NCBI RefSeq assembly: GCF_006345805.1
Contig: NC_042999.1
Coordinates: 80,538,001-80,602,000 of the forward strand
Length of the DNA: 64,000 nt
Source of the DNA: Octopus sinensis
Taxonomy: Eukaryota
Reading direction: 5' to 3'
Shown: positions 24,751 to 37,829 of the stretch, piece by piece
Numbering within the stretch: position 1 is the first letter of the stretch
Layout of the letters: each line of letters opens with the position of its first letter
The notes under the pieces: generated by a model
Told to the model about the DNA's origin: nothing
The model's database searches: none
What the model saw: only the letters and a program-made list of their open reading frames with translations
Program-made: the position numbers and the translations under genes

Positions 24751-25140
24751 TAATTTTGGTAACTGAACGACATACATTGTATGTTATTGTATGTATATTT
24801 TATTCATCATTATTTCCTGTATATTGATGACACACGCACACACTTATACACGCTTATATACACACGCGCACAAACACAGAAGAAGGGGTACAAAAAAATT
24901 AAGTGGAAGACCTCACGGTAGCCAGTGGCATGAATATAGATAATAATGACAAATAAAATTATATCATATAAATAAGACATCTCTTAATTTATTGGAATTA
25001 TCTTGCCCTAGAGTGACAAGTAAACGAATGGAAGAAGGAAAGTAGCACCAGTGTCGAAAAAGAAAACGATAATCTCGCGTATCAAGAATTATATATTGGT
25101 GTGTGAGAGTGTGTCTATTTATGTGTCGGTGTATACATAC

Positions 25141-25290
<150 letters not shown>

Positions 25291-25644
25291 TTTACTATTC
25301 TGATAAAAGGAGATCAACTGAAATGTATTCTGTCCATTGAATGATAAATATTATTTAATGTATACTGTATAAAGATGCGAGCTACTAATAGTGCCTTGCT
25401 CTGAAGACACGTGTCTATGGATGCTTTTATATCACACATTGTGTTTCCCAGCAATCCTCAAACTCAGAGCATATGGTCTGTTATACTTGAAAATAAGGAC
25501 TCTGGCACACGAGAAATCACACACACACACACACACAAAAAAAAAACGAGAAGGTTGCTGTAAATAGTGGAAGGGTGAATAATAGCATAACATGAAAAGA
25601 AAAAAAGAACAGAAACCCAGAGTCACGTCCCCTTTCACCATACT

Positions 25645-25985
25645 CCGCCGTCTATTGAGCAGAGGCTACAGTAACGTTTCAAGATAACCTAAATGAAAAG
25701 AGAAATTACATCGGTTTATGGGAAGGCGATTTAAAAAGACATTATGCAAACAAGCTATCTTTTTTTCCCCGGCACAACCACGAAAAGAAAGTAACTAAGT
25801 TGGTTAGCCACGCATGAGGTTTGAAGACTAACTGCAAAGCATTTACAATCAAGTGGAGAATCGTAGAGAAATCCATGCCATATGGAAATTGATCTAAGAA
25901 ATGCAAGTTATGAGTTGCTGAAAGATCGCATAACCTTTTTCGATCTAAGAATTCCACTGCAAGAATTAATCACACTTTTAGCATC
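25645..25985 (+). mobile_element. Penelope-like GIY-YIG endonuclease relic
   Basis: SAVY*AEATV...RNYIGLWEGDLK; TKLVSHA*GLK..FTIKWRIVEKSMPYGN*SKKCKL. Confidence 0.75.
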
Positions 25986-26899
25986 AGTTAACCTTGCCGT
26001 TTATTTTTCTCATGACGTCGAATGTACCAGAGTCCTGATTTTCAGACAGAACAAACAGTGTGTTCAGTGCTTCAGAAGCCTTGGTGGCACAAGGCTTGAT
26101 ATAAAATCCTTCATATATACGTGTTTTCGCAGCAAGAAACTGTTACTAACTCGTATCTTGACGCTATGTACATTAAATGATATATGTAAATATATGTATG
26201 CTTGTACGTATGTGTGTGTCTAAATACATATATATTGTGTATTTGTGTGCGTGTGTGTGTGTGCCCTGAACATTTATTAAACAACCAGAAGATCAGAAGT
26301 AATGCTTCAAAGGTCCACATAGATGCACATATCAATTGATGATCAATAAACCTATAACCGGAATTTGTCAAAATGAAAAGACTGCTTGAGATTGATACGG
26401 ATAGACTACCGGACGGTTTTTCCTAATATCCATCACACATGGATCGTAAAATCAATAGTCGTGAATAAAGATGCATCAATTATCTTTAAAAGGCAAATAT
26501 TTTTACAGACAAATAAAGGGAATTTTAAAAATGCAGAATTTCCTTCTAATGTAGTGTTGGAACCCTTCATTGATATGGTAAACATAATTAGATGTGTACA
26601 TAAATTATATGGTTAGCCTAATGAACATAAATTTTATGCGGGCAGTTTCTATCTGTATACTGCAAACAATTACTGAATTTCCATTGTATGATTTCAGATT
26701 TACCTTGTACAGAAACATGTAAAATTAATACAAGTAGCTAAGTAGCATGAAAAACAAAAAAAAAAAATATTCCGTCTTCAAGAAACACTTAAATATAGGA
26801 TATAGTTTACGTAGATTACTGTAAAGAAACGGGTGGAACACCACCGGAAATCGAAACAGCATATATCTAAAAACAAAATACTCAGCACTACAGTATGTC

Positions 26900-27375
26900 G
26901 TAATAAAATAATGGCAAGTAACTTCTACTTGTTCAATACTGGCAAAATTTGAACAGAGTTCTTACAAAATCTCTACACTGGATAAGAAGCACCAGACTCA
27001 AAACTGAGACTGAAGACTACTTGATCGCGACAGAGAACCAAACGTTTGCTGCCAAAAAATTCAGCAACAATATATAATGTAGCAGAAAGCTGTAACTGCA
27101 GAAAAATGGAAATGGCAAAGAAACAATTAACCACATTTTCACACACTACCAAGTCAATGCCGAGAAAGAATATATCCACAAACGCCACACAACGTTGAAT
27201 TACATAGACTGGAATTTGCGGCGGCACTATGAAATTTCCACATATAGGTGATGGTATTGAGAAAGTTTCCGAGAGTGGCAAAGCAACCATATCCTGAAAT
27301 AAGCCAATTACCTCGGCAGGGAGATAAAAATTAACCGACCAGATATTGTTGTCAAGCACCATAAAAATGCCTGCC
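26900..27375 (+). mobile_element. Decayed R4/Dong-like non-LTR element (restriction-like endonuclease region)
   Basis: SLHWIRSTRLKTETEDYLIATENQ; GKETINHIF..EKEYIHKRH..YIDWNL; WY; EIKINRPDIVV. These are CCHC-region and PD-(D/E)XK-type motifs of R4/Dong-clade elements. Confidence 0.75.
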
Positions 27376-28559
27376 AATTCAACCAATTCAAAATTGAAGA
27401 ATGATAGCTAAAATAGATGGAGAAATTATCTAAATTTAATAATCTGGAAATAAGATAAGTTAGTTTTCCGACCAAGTTTTATGAGCCGAAATTAAGGACA
27501 GCGAGGACTGACGTCTAAAAATAGCGTGCAAATCGTTAAGTAGAATACAAAAACTAGTGTTCAGAAATAGGTGTGCAAAGCTTTACAACATCATACCATG
27601 TGATCGTTTGGAATTCCGAATCTCACGGACAAACATTTGCTGCTATTGTTATAATCTAGCCCAAACATTCTTCCCCGGATTAAAACATTCCAGCCAAGGT
27701 ATTCCAAATATTTATTTCTATGCAGGGTATCTCAGAGCCGTATCACCGAATGTCTCCTTTTCTTAAATGTTGACGTAGAATTAGTTAATGTATTCTGCTG
27801 GTTGAGCAACCATAAGGAATTTCCTTCATAGTCTATAAAGAAAATGGTGGAAGGAATTGATGTCGCTGTAGAATTACACTCAGAGTAAGACACTCAAATT
27901 TTGTCTGATGATTTTAATAAGAACATTTTTGCACACCAATCATCATAGGTACGTATTAATCATTTTAATATGATGACAAGACTGACAAACAAATTACATC
28001 CAATCTGAGACCAGATACCTCAATCATATTTGTCAGTCTTGTCAGTATAAACAAAAATAAAATAACTCCCTCCTCTTTTTCTTTTAATTTTCTTTCATCA
28101 CTTGTCAACATTGTCAATTAGAAAACAGGTTCGATTCAGATAAATATTTTAGAGATATAATGGTAATTGTAGTTGAATTATCCCTCATTAGTAGACTTGT
28201 CGGAAATAATTCTCCAAATCATGCAAGAAAAAAGAAATATCGAATTTTATTTCATTTCATTTCATAAACGTAAATGTTGTGTTCTCGACCACCAGAATAA
28301 ATTATAAGGTAAGAATCAAAGTAGTTGCTAAAAAAAGAAATAATTTAATTCTATTTACCTAATAAAGGATATAACCGTATTTTATAAATAAAGAAAAAAT
28401 GTATGTGCTAATTAAAGATTTTAATTGCTGTATAGATATTATATATACAGACAATTAAAGCAACATTATTAATGGTGCGACGTTTACCGGAAATTAACAA
28501 AGAAATGTTTAAAAAATATATGTAATTGTACGTACACACACATACAAACAGACACAGGC

Positions 28560-28692
28560 ATAGACGCAGACACTCACACACACACACACACACAGACTCT
28601 TAAACAAATACACAGACTCACTGACTCACTAACTGACTTATTCACTAACTCACTCACTCATTCACACGCACAAACACGCACACACTCATACA

Positions 28693-28760
<68 letters not shown>

Positions 28761-29000
28761 TCAATATTAGACTTATACTCAAAGGTTAACATGAAATATG
28801 GTCATTATATGTGCTGCATAATTTAACATAATACACAAACATACAACACACACTCACACATATATATTAGCCAAATCAAATGATTAAACTTTTAGGTATA
28901 AACCATGTATAAGTATATATATATATATATATATGTGAGTGTGTGTGTGTGTACGTGTGTGTATATGTATCTATATATATGTATATCTGTGTGTGTATAT

Positions 29001-29031
<31 letters not shown>

Positions 29032-29084
29032 GTGAGTGTGTGTGTGTGTACGTGTGTGTATATGTATCTATATATATGTATATC

Positions 29085-29124
<40 letters not shown>

Positions 29125-29190
29125 TGTTTGCATACACAAGACACACACATACATACATATATATTCACACATATGTGTGCACGTGTCTGT
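28560..29190. repeat. Large compound CA/TA/TG microsatellite block with an internal duplication
   Basis: Directly visible. Confidence 0.9.
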
Positions 29191-29436
29191 GTATGTGGCG
29201 TGATGATGTCTCCAGCAAGAAAGGTGAATGGAGATTTATTAAAATGTTCTCTTTTTACAGATCTTTGATCAAGAATGTCCTAAAAAATTTTTGTCCCTTG
29301 TTACAAATTCTTTGACCCTCTAACTTTAGGTATATGATAGTCATCCTGCACAATGTTATATATATTTTCAGGTGCAGTAAGTCTATGCAATATACAATTC
29401 ATCTTTTGCACTGATTGTGTGACTTGAACTAGGGCA

Positions 29437-29946
29437 CAGTCATTCCCAGCCGGGAGTCCGCAAAGGTAGTACTGGGGGTCCGTGAACTAAATTCAAAACT
29501 TCATATGTATAAATTTATATATATATATATATGTATATAAGGATAAGATCGTTATTTAAGATACATATCTTATCAGGTGGCCAACATGGGAATAAAAACT
29601 TCAAAAGTTAATAAATATTATTGACATTTTTATTAAGGGTATCTAAGTGATACCACCATGCTAGAAATAGCAGCGAAAAGGACTCTAAAATTACATTAAA
29701 ATATTCATACAGCACCAGGAAGACAAAAAGACAAAATAAACTAGCAAAAGAATTACGGAATAATTCCGGATCCCGGATTTCTGACTCTGCATAAGAAAGC
29801 ATTTCTTATATATATATATACACACGCAAGGATTAGCATAATAAAAGGGGTCTCTGGGAAAACTCATTTAAATAAAAGGGTTGGGAACTAATGTTGGGAA
29901 GCAGTGAAAAGGTTGAGAACCATTGTGAAATGGTTGGGAACCACTG
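29437..29946 (+). mobile_element. hAT/Charlie-like non-autonomous element
   Basis: Left end CAGTCATTCCCAGCCGGGAGTCCGC..GGGGGTCCGTGA and right end GGTTGGGAACCACTG. No 8-bp TSD is recognisable. Confidence 0.65.
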
Positions 29947-30104
29947 AAGTAGCGCATACTATGAAATGTGCTAACCAAAATGGAAGCTTGTAACGAAAGA
30001 TAGGGATGCAAATTCCAAACACAACGATCTTGATGTTCATTGCCGTTGTATTCATACCATGAATATATTTACCCTTGACACCATTTGTCTGATATTATAA
30101 CGAA

Positions 30105-30330
30105 TAAAGGTATCGAGCTAACATAGTTGTTGCTACATCAGACAAAATACTTAAAAACATTTCGTATGTCTTTACGTTGTGAGTTCAATTTTCACCCAGT
30201 TCGATTGTGTCTTTTATCCTTCCGGATTTTATAAAATCAGTACCATCTCAACACTGGCGTCAGTGTAATCAACTTAACTTCCCACCCCAACATTGCTGGC
30301 ATTTTGCCAAAATTTGAAACCATTATTAAC
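30105..30330 (+). mobile_element. SINE group 3, degenerate
   Basis: CATTTCGTATGTCTTTACGTTGTGAGTTCAATTTTC...TTTTATCCTTCCGG...CAGTACCA resembles 42705-42968. Confidence 0.6.
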
Positions 30331-30969
30331 AAGCGCACATATTATTGAGCAACAATTTAATAGAAATCCAGAGAAAGGTACAGGCAAATGCATTGTCATG
30401 AAAAAGAATAATTATTATCATTATTAAATTTCTTAACTGGTATATTTCCGATCTAACATGTACAATGCATTTTGCTATTAGATACACTTTCAAACAGTGT
30501 CATAGGCTACTTTTGAATAATTGTCAGGACTTCATTAACGAAGATGCGGATTCGTAACCCACAGCCTGAGAAACTTGTATGGTGGTTGCCTGCAATGATG
30601 ACATAAAACAGTCTTAATATGGTGTATCCATTCATACTTATATCCCTATATACTTCCGTAATTTCTGACTACTACATGGACATTCACACCCACGCAAATG
30701 CATTCACACGCGCATGCATGTTACTTAGACCACAAACACACACACAAAAGCTACATAATTCACCATGTATATTATGAACCATTACTATAATGAGAGAGAA
30801 AGCGATGAGATCCTCTGATATCCTTCTTATTTCTGAATCAAGTAAATTATATAAGTTCATATAAGTTCACTATAACCCTTTAGCTTGCCTTGCTTTGATT
30901 GATGATATGTATTTGTTTCTCAGGTGACTAACAACAGATCTAAAATTATATTGTACGCCTCGCATCTGA

Positions 30970-32340
30970 GTTTCTTGCAGAAAGGACAATTTCCTCCGAG
31001 GGTGCAAATGTAGAAAGTTTTACAAGGGATAAGTTAGATTCATTACTTTATTCAGATCATCTTCAACCTCTAGAGAAGCTTTATTTTTACTGCTAAACTG
31101 TATGTAGATCCAGATCTTAGCCATTAAATTTCAAGGCAGTCCGTTTTGTCTGCCAGTGTCTGAGCTTACTTCAAGCGCTTATTCTAAATCCTCTTCAATA
31201 TCTCAGAGTGCATTTTCAATTCAGTTATATCCAGCAACGATGGCTTCAATAGCATATGCTCTAGCTGACTAATGAGTTTCTGACAATAACTTAAAGGTGA
31301 GTTCTCTTCTATTTCCGTCCAAATATTTCATTACAGTTACCTAGAAAAAATGTATACCTTTTGTATGAAACTAAAATTCTTAACAGCTTCGAAGAGAGCA
31401 AGATGCAGCAGCATGTCTAATAAGTTCCACCGATTGATCAGCACAGGGAACAAAAACTGTTCTAATTCATTTTCCTTCAGTATGGCTCTTATTCCTGTGT
31501 AGTAGCAGATATATTACTAGTATTGTCATAGGACTGTCCTTTCAGTCTTCAAATTTTATACCTTATTTTTTAAGAAATTCTTATTCAGATGCGAGCAATG
31601 TTTCCCCTTTTTGATAACAGTTTGCAGGAAGGTTAAAAGCATTTTTATCGGCTTACCAGAAACAGGCAGAACGCACAATAACTGTTAGCTGATCAACATG
31701 AGCGCAGTCTGCTGTTAAATCTATCTACAGAAACTGTCAACTATTTGGCAGTTTTAAGTTTTGCTCAATTATGATTCATATATTTTGCAGTCAACAGTAA
31801 TTTCTTCGTATATAGTAGTGATAAGTATGACTGTTTACCAATTCCAGGATTGCTAAATGTTTTAAGGTCACCCATTAAAAATGGATCAACTTGTGCAGTA
31901 AATTCCCGTAATTCCCCCCCCACCAAAATAAAATAAAAATGCCAGTATGCTTAGATCCTATGATATCCTTCACTACCCCTAAATGCCAGGCATCTTTCCG
32001 CTAGAAATATTGTCACGGTCACAACAAGCGCAATATTTCAGTGCAGTATTTCTTGTTTTCTTGCACTTGTTTTTCCTACGCTCTATTAGCATGAGAATAT
32101 TCCTTACATAAAATATTGAACTGCAACACAGAATCGCGGTGGCCTTGGCTTTGTCCATGTGTTTTCCTTTTATCCTCCGCTATTTCTCCAATCATTAAAG
32201 CCATCATTGTTGGAAAACCTGTCACGGTGGCTTGACATCAAAGTACAGTTAAAGCAATAAAATTCACACTTTGATAGGCTGTACAGTATCCATTTCTCAA
32301 ACGCTACTCACCATTGTCACAAATAGTATAAAAATTGAAA
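30970..32340 (-). mobile_element. Decayed hAT transposase (ZMYM1/DUF4371-like)
   Basis: FSNNDGFNDWRN, FLAERCLAFRG, VDPFL..SYLS, HVDQLTVIVR, GQSYDNTSNI, FVPCA, LSETH*SARA. Confidence 0.85.
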
Positions 32341-33615
32341 TGTTTATATAATGAGAATGCGCATCCAGTTTGCCTCCACCTTTTTTAATAATAGCATCAA
32401 GATTCTGGGTTCTGACAGAATAGGGACACATGCTCTTCTCTGGCAGAAAACTACCTGGCTCGATCTAGACCCCAAGATAGTACTCCACTATCCATGCTAG
32501 TTCGATGCGGTGATACTTCATCTTCAAAATCGGGAGTTGATATATCCTATTTTATTTTTTTTTTGCAAATGCACTTGGGAGTGCAGTTAGTTTCATGAAA
32601 CGAAAATTGTTACTGATTTTTCCTTAGCTTCAAAGGTTTTCTATACTTCGAAACAGAAACATTCTGCAAGATGTGGTCTCTTTGCCAGTGCAATAACATT
32701 TCTTCACATATTTCTTTGGAAGGTGCGGAATATTCCATGATATACTGGATATTCTGTGTGAAAATATCTGAATAACAGCAAAAAGAAATAATCTCAAAGA
32801 CAAAACAAGAACTGTGAACATCCATGTAAAGCAACTTAGTTTAATCTAGCCATTATCATACTAAGTCAGACTTCTGTTATTCTTAGGTCTGGGGCAGATT
32901 AGAAAGCTGCAGATAAAGAAAATATAATGTTAATTGAAATGGGTTCAAACGATTAATAGCAAATCGAAGATTACAGATTATAGATTTCCTTTTTATTGAA
33001 TCACTTCTCTTCAAAATTATGTTTCATTCTCATGGGGCCCCAGAAACAAAGAATCGGCATAAACGCTTCAGTAATAAGATGGATTTGAAAAAGAATTCTG
33101 CACTTCGTGGATCACTATAAATCACAAACAACCATGTACCGATATTTGAACTTACAAATTTACTTTCGATTTTGTTAATAAATATGGTGTCTGCAGGCGT
33201 AACGCTTCAAATCATTTTGTGCAGGGAGGTGGTATTTTTAATTACAATTAACATCTGCTGTTAATGATGTCCTTGAATTTGTTTTTAAGTTTCGATATTT
33301 TCTCGTATTTGTACATAAATCCACCTATTTACAATGATGAACTTATAGAAGTACACACCCGCTGCAATAACAACAATGTTCAAATATGTTGAAATGTAAG
33401 GTTGAAGAACAGCACCGCAAGAATAGAGATACTATATCACTATCATCACGAGAGGTTTTTTTTGCGACCGTAATATGAAAATAACAATAACAAAAATCGA
33501 TTGTCTGATAATAACGACAGATAGAGAAAAAGAAAATTAAGAAAGAATAGTTTTGCTTTAATGCAGATGCAACTTGTGAAGAAGTCATATAAATACAAAG
33601 ATACATGCATACATA

Positions 33616-34300
33616 CGAGTTGTAGTCAAAAAGTATCCGACATTTGGCAAAAAAAAACGAATAATATTTAAAAACGATTATTTTGATTTAGTCTCCTTCA
33701 AAGTATTCACCTTGGAAGTCGACACACTGCTGCCAGCGTTCCTGCCACTGGAAATCCCTTTTTGGGATGCCGTAGCGCTGTGCAGTCGAATTTTGCTTAA
33801 TGTCCTCTGCAATCTCAAATCTTCTTCCCTGGAGTGTTTTTTTTATTTTGATCTTTGGAAATAAACAAAAGCCGGACGGAGCCAAGTCGAGGGAGTAGGA
33901 AACCTGACGAACAAATGGTGTGTTTTGCTTGACGACAAATGCTTGGGCGCGGGAGGAACGAACTGATTGAACTGAGCTGACTAAACTGACCCATGGCTGA
34001 TTCGGCAACAATTTCCTCAATAGTCACATGGCGATCTTCATAGACTATCCCTCGAACCTTTGCTATTATTTCGTCGTTTCTTATAACCGATGGTCTACCA
34101 GAACGTGGCTCACAGTCCACTGAGTTGTACCCCGCCTTTGTGTTACTGCCATAGCATAATCTCCAAAGGCTTTCTGAATCTTCTTGGCAGACTGAGCTTG
34201 CATATCACCATGTTTTTAACAGAATTCGATACAAAAACCTTTGTTCAATGCGCTGGTTGGGCATGATTCAAAAAGAAAAATCGCACAGCACACTCTTCAC
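33616..34300 (-). mobile_element. Internally deleted mariner element with one TIR
   Basis: TA followed by CGAGTTGTAGTCAAAAAGTATCCGAC at 33614. Peptides IQKAFG, EPRSGRPS..EDRHVTIEEI, YSLDLAPSGFCLFPKIK..RWQQCVDFQGEYFEGD. Confidence 0.85.
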
Positions 34301-34719
34301 GTCAATACTCAATGCGTCACTGCGGGCGAATGGGGCAACCTATAGACACAAAAGGTTTGCACATGTTCAGGAAGATCGTGGCCCCCTAATACCCATGCGG
34401 ATTTTGTTCACACATTAACATTTTGTGCATAAATCATTCAAGGTGCGATACATTCATACATACGAAAATACACCGATGTCGTTGAAATTCCAAAGAAGGA
34501 GCCTTCGATTTAGATTAGAAATCGCTCTTTCTCCATTTGCCAGAAACTCTGTAATAAAAATGAATAATTACATACATAGATACATACATGTGTGCATATA
34601 TATATAAATTGACGACGTAATCATTAAAAGGATTATATCAGATCAGTGGTTAGCGCATGAAAAAATAGCCATATTCGTAAAATTAATTTTTAAGTATATA
34701 ATTATAATCAGATCACCAG

Positions 34720-34970
34720 AATGCGTCGTATATATATATATACACATATGTGTATGTATAATTTATGTGTTTGTCTGTGTGTCTGTGTTGTCGCTTCACT
34801 ATCGCTTGACAACCGATACCGATGTTGGTCTGCTTACGTCTCCGTAACTTAGCATTTCGGCCAAAGACACCGATGGAATATGTACTCGGTTTGCAAAGAA
34901 TAAGTCTTGGGGTCGATTTCTTCAACTAAAAAATCCTTTAAGGTTATTGAAACAAATAAAGAATAAAAGA
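34720..34970 (+). mobile_element. SINE group 1, 3' half
   Basis: ATCGCTTGACAACCGA...CCGTAACTTAGCATTTCGG...AAGAATAAGTCTTGGGGTCGATTT. Confidence 0.75.
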
Positions 34971-35170
34971 ATAAAGAATCCTAGATTTTAGCAATATCTA
35001 TTTCAACACAAAATTAAGATCATCCGTAATTTTGTAAATCTTCTTGTTCATTATCTCAACCTGGCGTTTTAAGTAGAGAACAAATTTAGAGTGGATTGTA
35101 GGTATTTGACATCTACTTCTAGCTTATAGGTGCTGGTGTTTCAGCGCTCTTAATTCTAATTACATATATA

Positions 35171-35224
<54 letters not shown>

Positions 35225-36579
35225 AGAGAGAGAGAGAGACATGTGTATATCTGTTTATATGTTTCTGTAATGATATATGGATGTATTTACTAAATGAGAG
35301 ATAATATAAACGAAATTCACGATTCAAAAGTCACATCATGGAAAGAACTTCAGTATGAATATAAAAAATATATAAAGAACCTTTTTTTAAAAAATCTATA
35401 TAAATCCAACTAAAAATGAAAGAATGAAGAGGAATACAACAATTATTTGCTTCAGATAATCAGAAATAACCCCTACGTGTTTTAAAACCGTCTCAAATAA
35501 TTGATCTGAATGTTTATTTGATAAAATAATTTTTGATATTTGTCTTTTACTTCTACAATTTTGCACGGATAACAAAAAATGATCTGAATTCAAGCAGTGT
35601 AAAAAGCAAAATAATTATGAAGTTAACTTTGATAAAATGCAAATGGAATAAAGCAAATTGGTACTGCAAATCTAATATTGCTTGTTAAGTAAATATGCTT
35701 GGGATCATATTAAATTCAAATATCTCGGAGTGGAATCTATATAAACCGAATTGTTAAAAAAATAATCAGGGCGTTCATAGATGCATAAACATGTCCACGT
35801 GGACACACTTCCATCCGCCTGTTCCTACACTAGCCTACCTATCCGTGCCTATATCCATCCTTTCATCCATATACATACATATACACACACATACACACGC
35901 ACACACACATACACACGCACACACACATACTCACGCTATAAAGGCAAAACTGCCAGGAATGAGCTTCGATTCTGCAAGAAAAGATGTGCGCCGCTTATAA
36001 AGCATTGGTACCTAGACTTAAGGTTTTGAAATAAATGCGAAATAAATGCGATCGTATCATAATTGTGTTTCCTTTACCATTGTATTGCAATGCTTGTACT
36101 CGAATATAAGAATATAGCAAAATATTAGCTCATCTACTCCACCGAGTTATTCTTCTTTGTGCAGTGGAATTAGATTGTCTCGTGTTCCACTGCTAGCTTG
36201 ATGCTTTGTGGCGACCACAGTAAGAGGAACAATCTAGGTCAGTATGAATGTCTTACATATCCTTTTCCTTTTCTGAAATTTTTCATGATCGTATCAGCCC
36301 CTCGCCTACACAGTGTTGCCATTTTAGTAATATGCACGTAAAAAGTTGCATCCCAGGTCCCGCACCGAATCTGACCATTCGATTGGACACACCTGATCCT
36401 GTGTAATTCAATTGTAATCTATATGTGAGCAAATAGTAGAATTCTTGAAACTCTTCACCATTGACTGCTTTTTATTTTCCTCAATCTACTGGTATACTGC
36501 GTGTATGTGTTTTTTTCTGTTCGTGTGTTTATGTGATGGTTGTCAGGATATTTAATGCATATAGCAATGTTGCCTGTGG

Positions 36580-36678
36580 TTGCAAGAAGTAATCTATGTT
36601 GTTGAGCTCCCTTGCAAGAAGTAATCTATGTTGTTGAGCTCTCTTGCAAGAAGTAATCTATGTTGTTGAGCTCTCTTG
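36580..36678. repeat. Minisatellite, 32-bp unit x3
   Basis: TTGCAAGAAGTAATCTATGTTGTTGAGCTC(C/T)C at 36580, 36612 and 36644, contiguous with no spacers. Confidence 0.95.
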
Positions 36679-36992
36679 TGACGTATGGAAGCAATTTGTT
36701 GAAAGACGTAATGTTCTACCTGAATGACTGGCACTATTTCATACTATATATATGCATAAGTGCGTGTGATATACATACAAACATACATATATATATATAT
36801 ACATAAAAATACAGACATACATATGATGATCGTCTCCATATTGGGTAACAGCAAACATCGTCCCAAAGTACAGTCCTGAATAATTGTTGAGAGATATCTC
36901 TCACCGTTCGAAACCACTGGTCGTCTGCTCACTCCGCGAACATTTGTCCACGGATGCGGTGTTGACTCATTCTCACAGTTCAATATTACCGA

Positions 36993-37031
<39 letters not shown>

Positions 37032-37317
37032 TAACAAATGAGTGTGTTTGCAGCCCTGTGCGTGCGTTGGTATACTTGGTATATAATTGTCCATTAGTAA
37101 ACGGATATTAGATAATGTTTGAACCTGGAAAAGCAAAGTCAATAACGGAATCATTATAATTGTGAAAGTTACTTGATGGAATGCTGAATGCTTTTGATTA
37201 TAATTTCCTTCGTCTATTTATAGTGAAGCTATTTCAATATATATTGACATTTTATTTGTAATTTTTTTCGTTACAGGTATTTAATTTGTTTTTGTTCTTG
37301 ATGTTCAATCTACTACT

Positions 37318-37363
<46 letters not shown>

Positions 37364-37829
37364 GATTAATTTGATATGCCTGATGATGACGTCAAAATCA
37401 TAGTGGTTGTTTTGCCACTTAAAAAACATTCATCTCAATGACGCAACAGAGTTTATCAACCTTAAATTGGTGAGAAAAGAAAAAATACGGAAATTCTATT
37501 TACATTTCAGATCAATGCGTTTTTTTTCAATTAGCATTTAGTTTTTAAAGGAGACATTTTGTCGTTTAAAAGATAATATTTATTTATTTATTTTAATTCC
37601 TTACGAAGCAATAATTGAAAAAAATCAATGATATTTTGTTGCTTGGATCTTGACATTCCATAACCAACGAAATAAAGGCATTCTTTCCGTTTTTAACTCA
37701 TGCACCATCACTTACATATATATGTATACCTATCTTTTTTAGCAATTATACATAACTATGTAGAATATATAGTTGTGCTTGTTGCTCTATTTTAGTTTCT
37801 GTTGGGTAGCCCAAAGACTCCGGCCACAG

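Noticed and set aside
26973-27386. 137-aa minus-strand ORF
   Set aside because: It is the antisense of the R4/Dong-like relic.
36580-36678. CRISPR array
   Set aside because: The units are contiguous with no unique spacers, there are no cas genes, and the context is eukaryotic.
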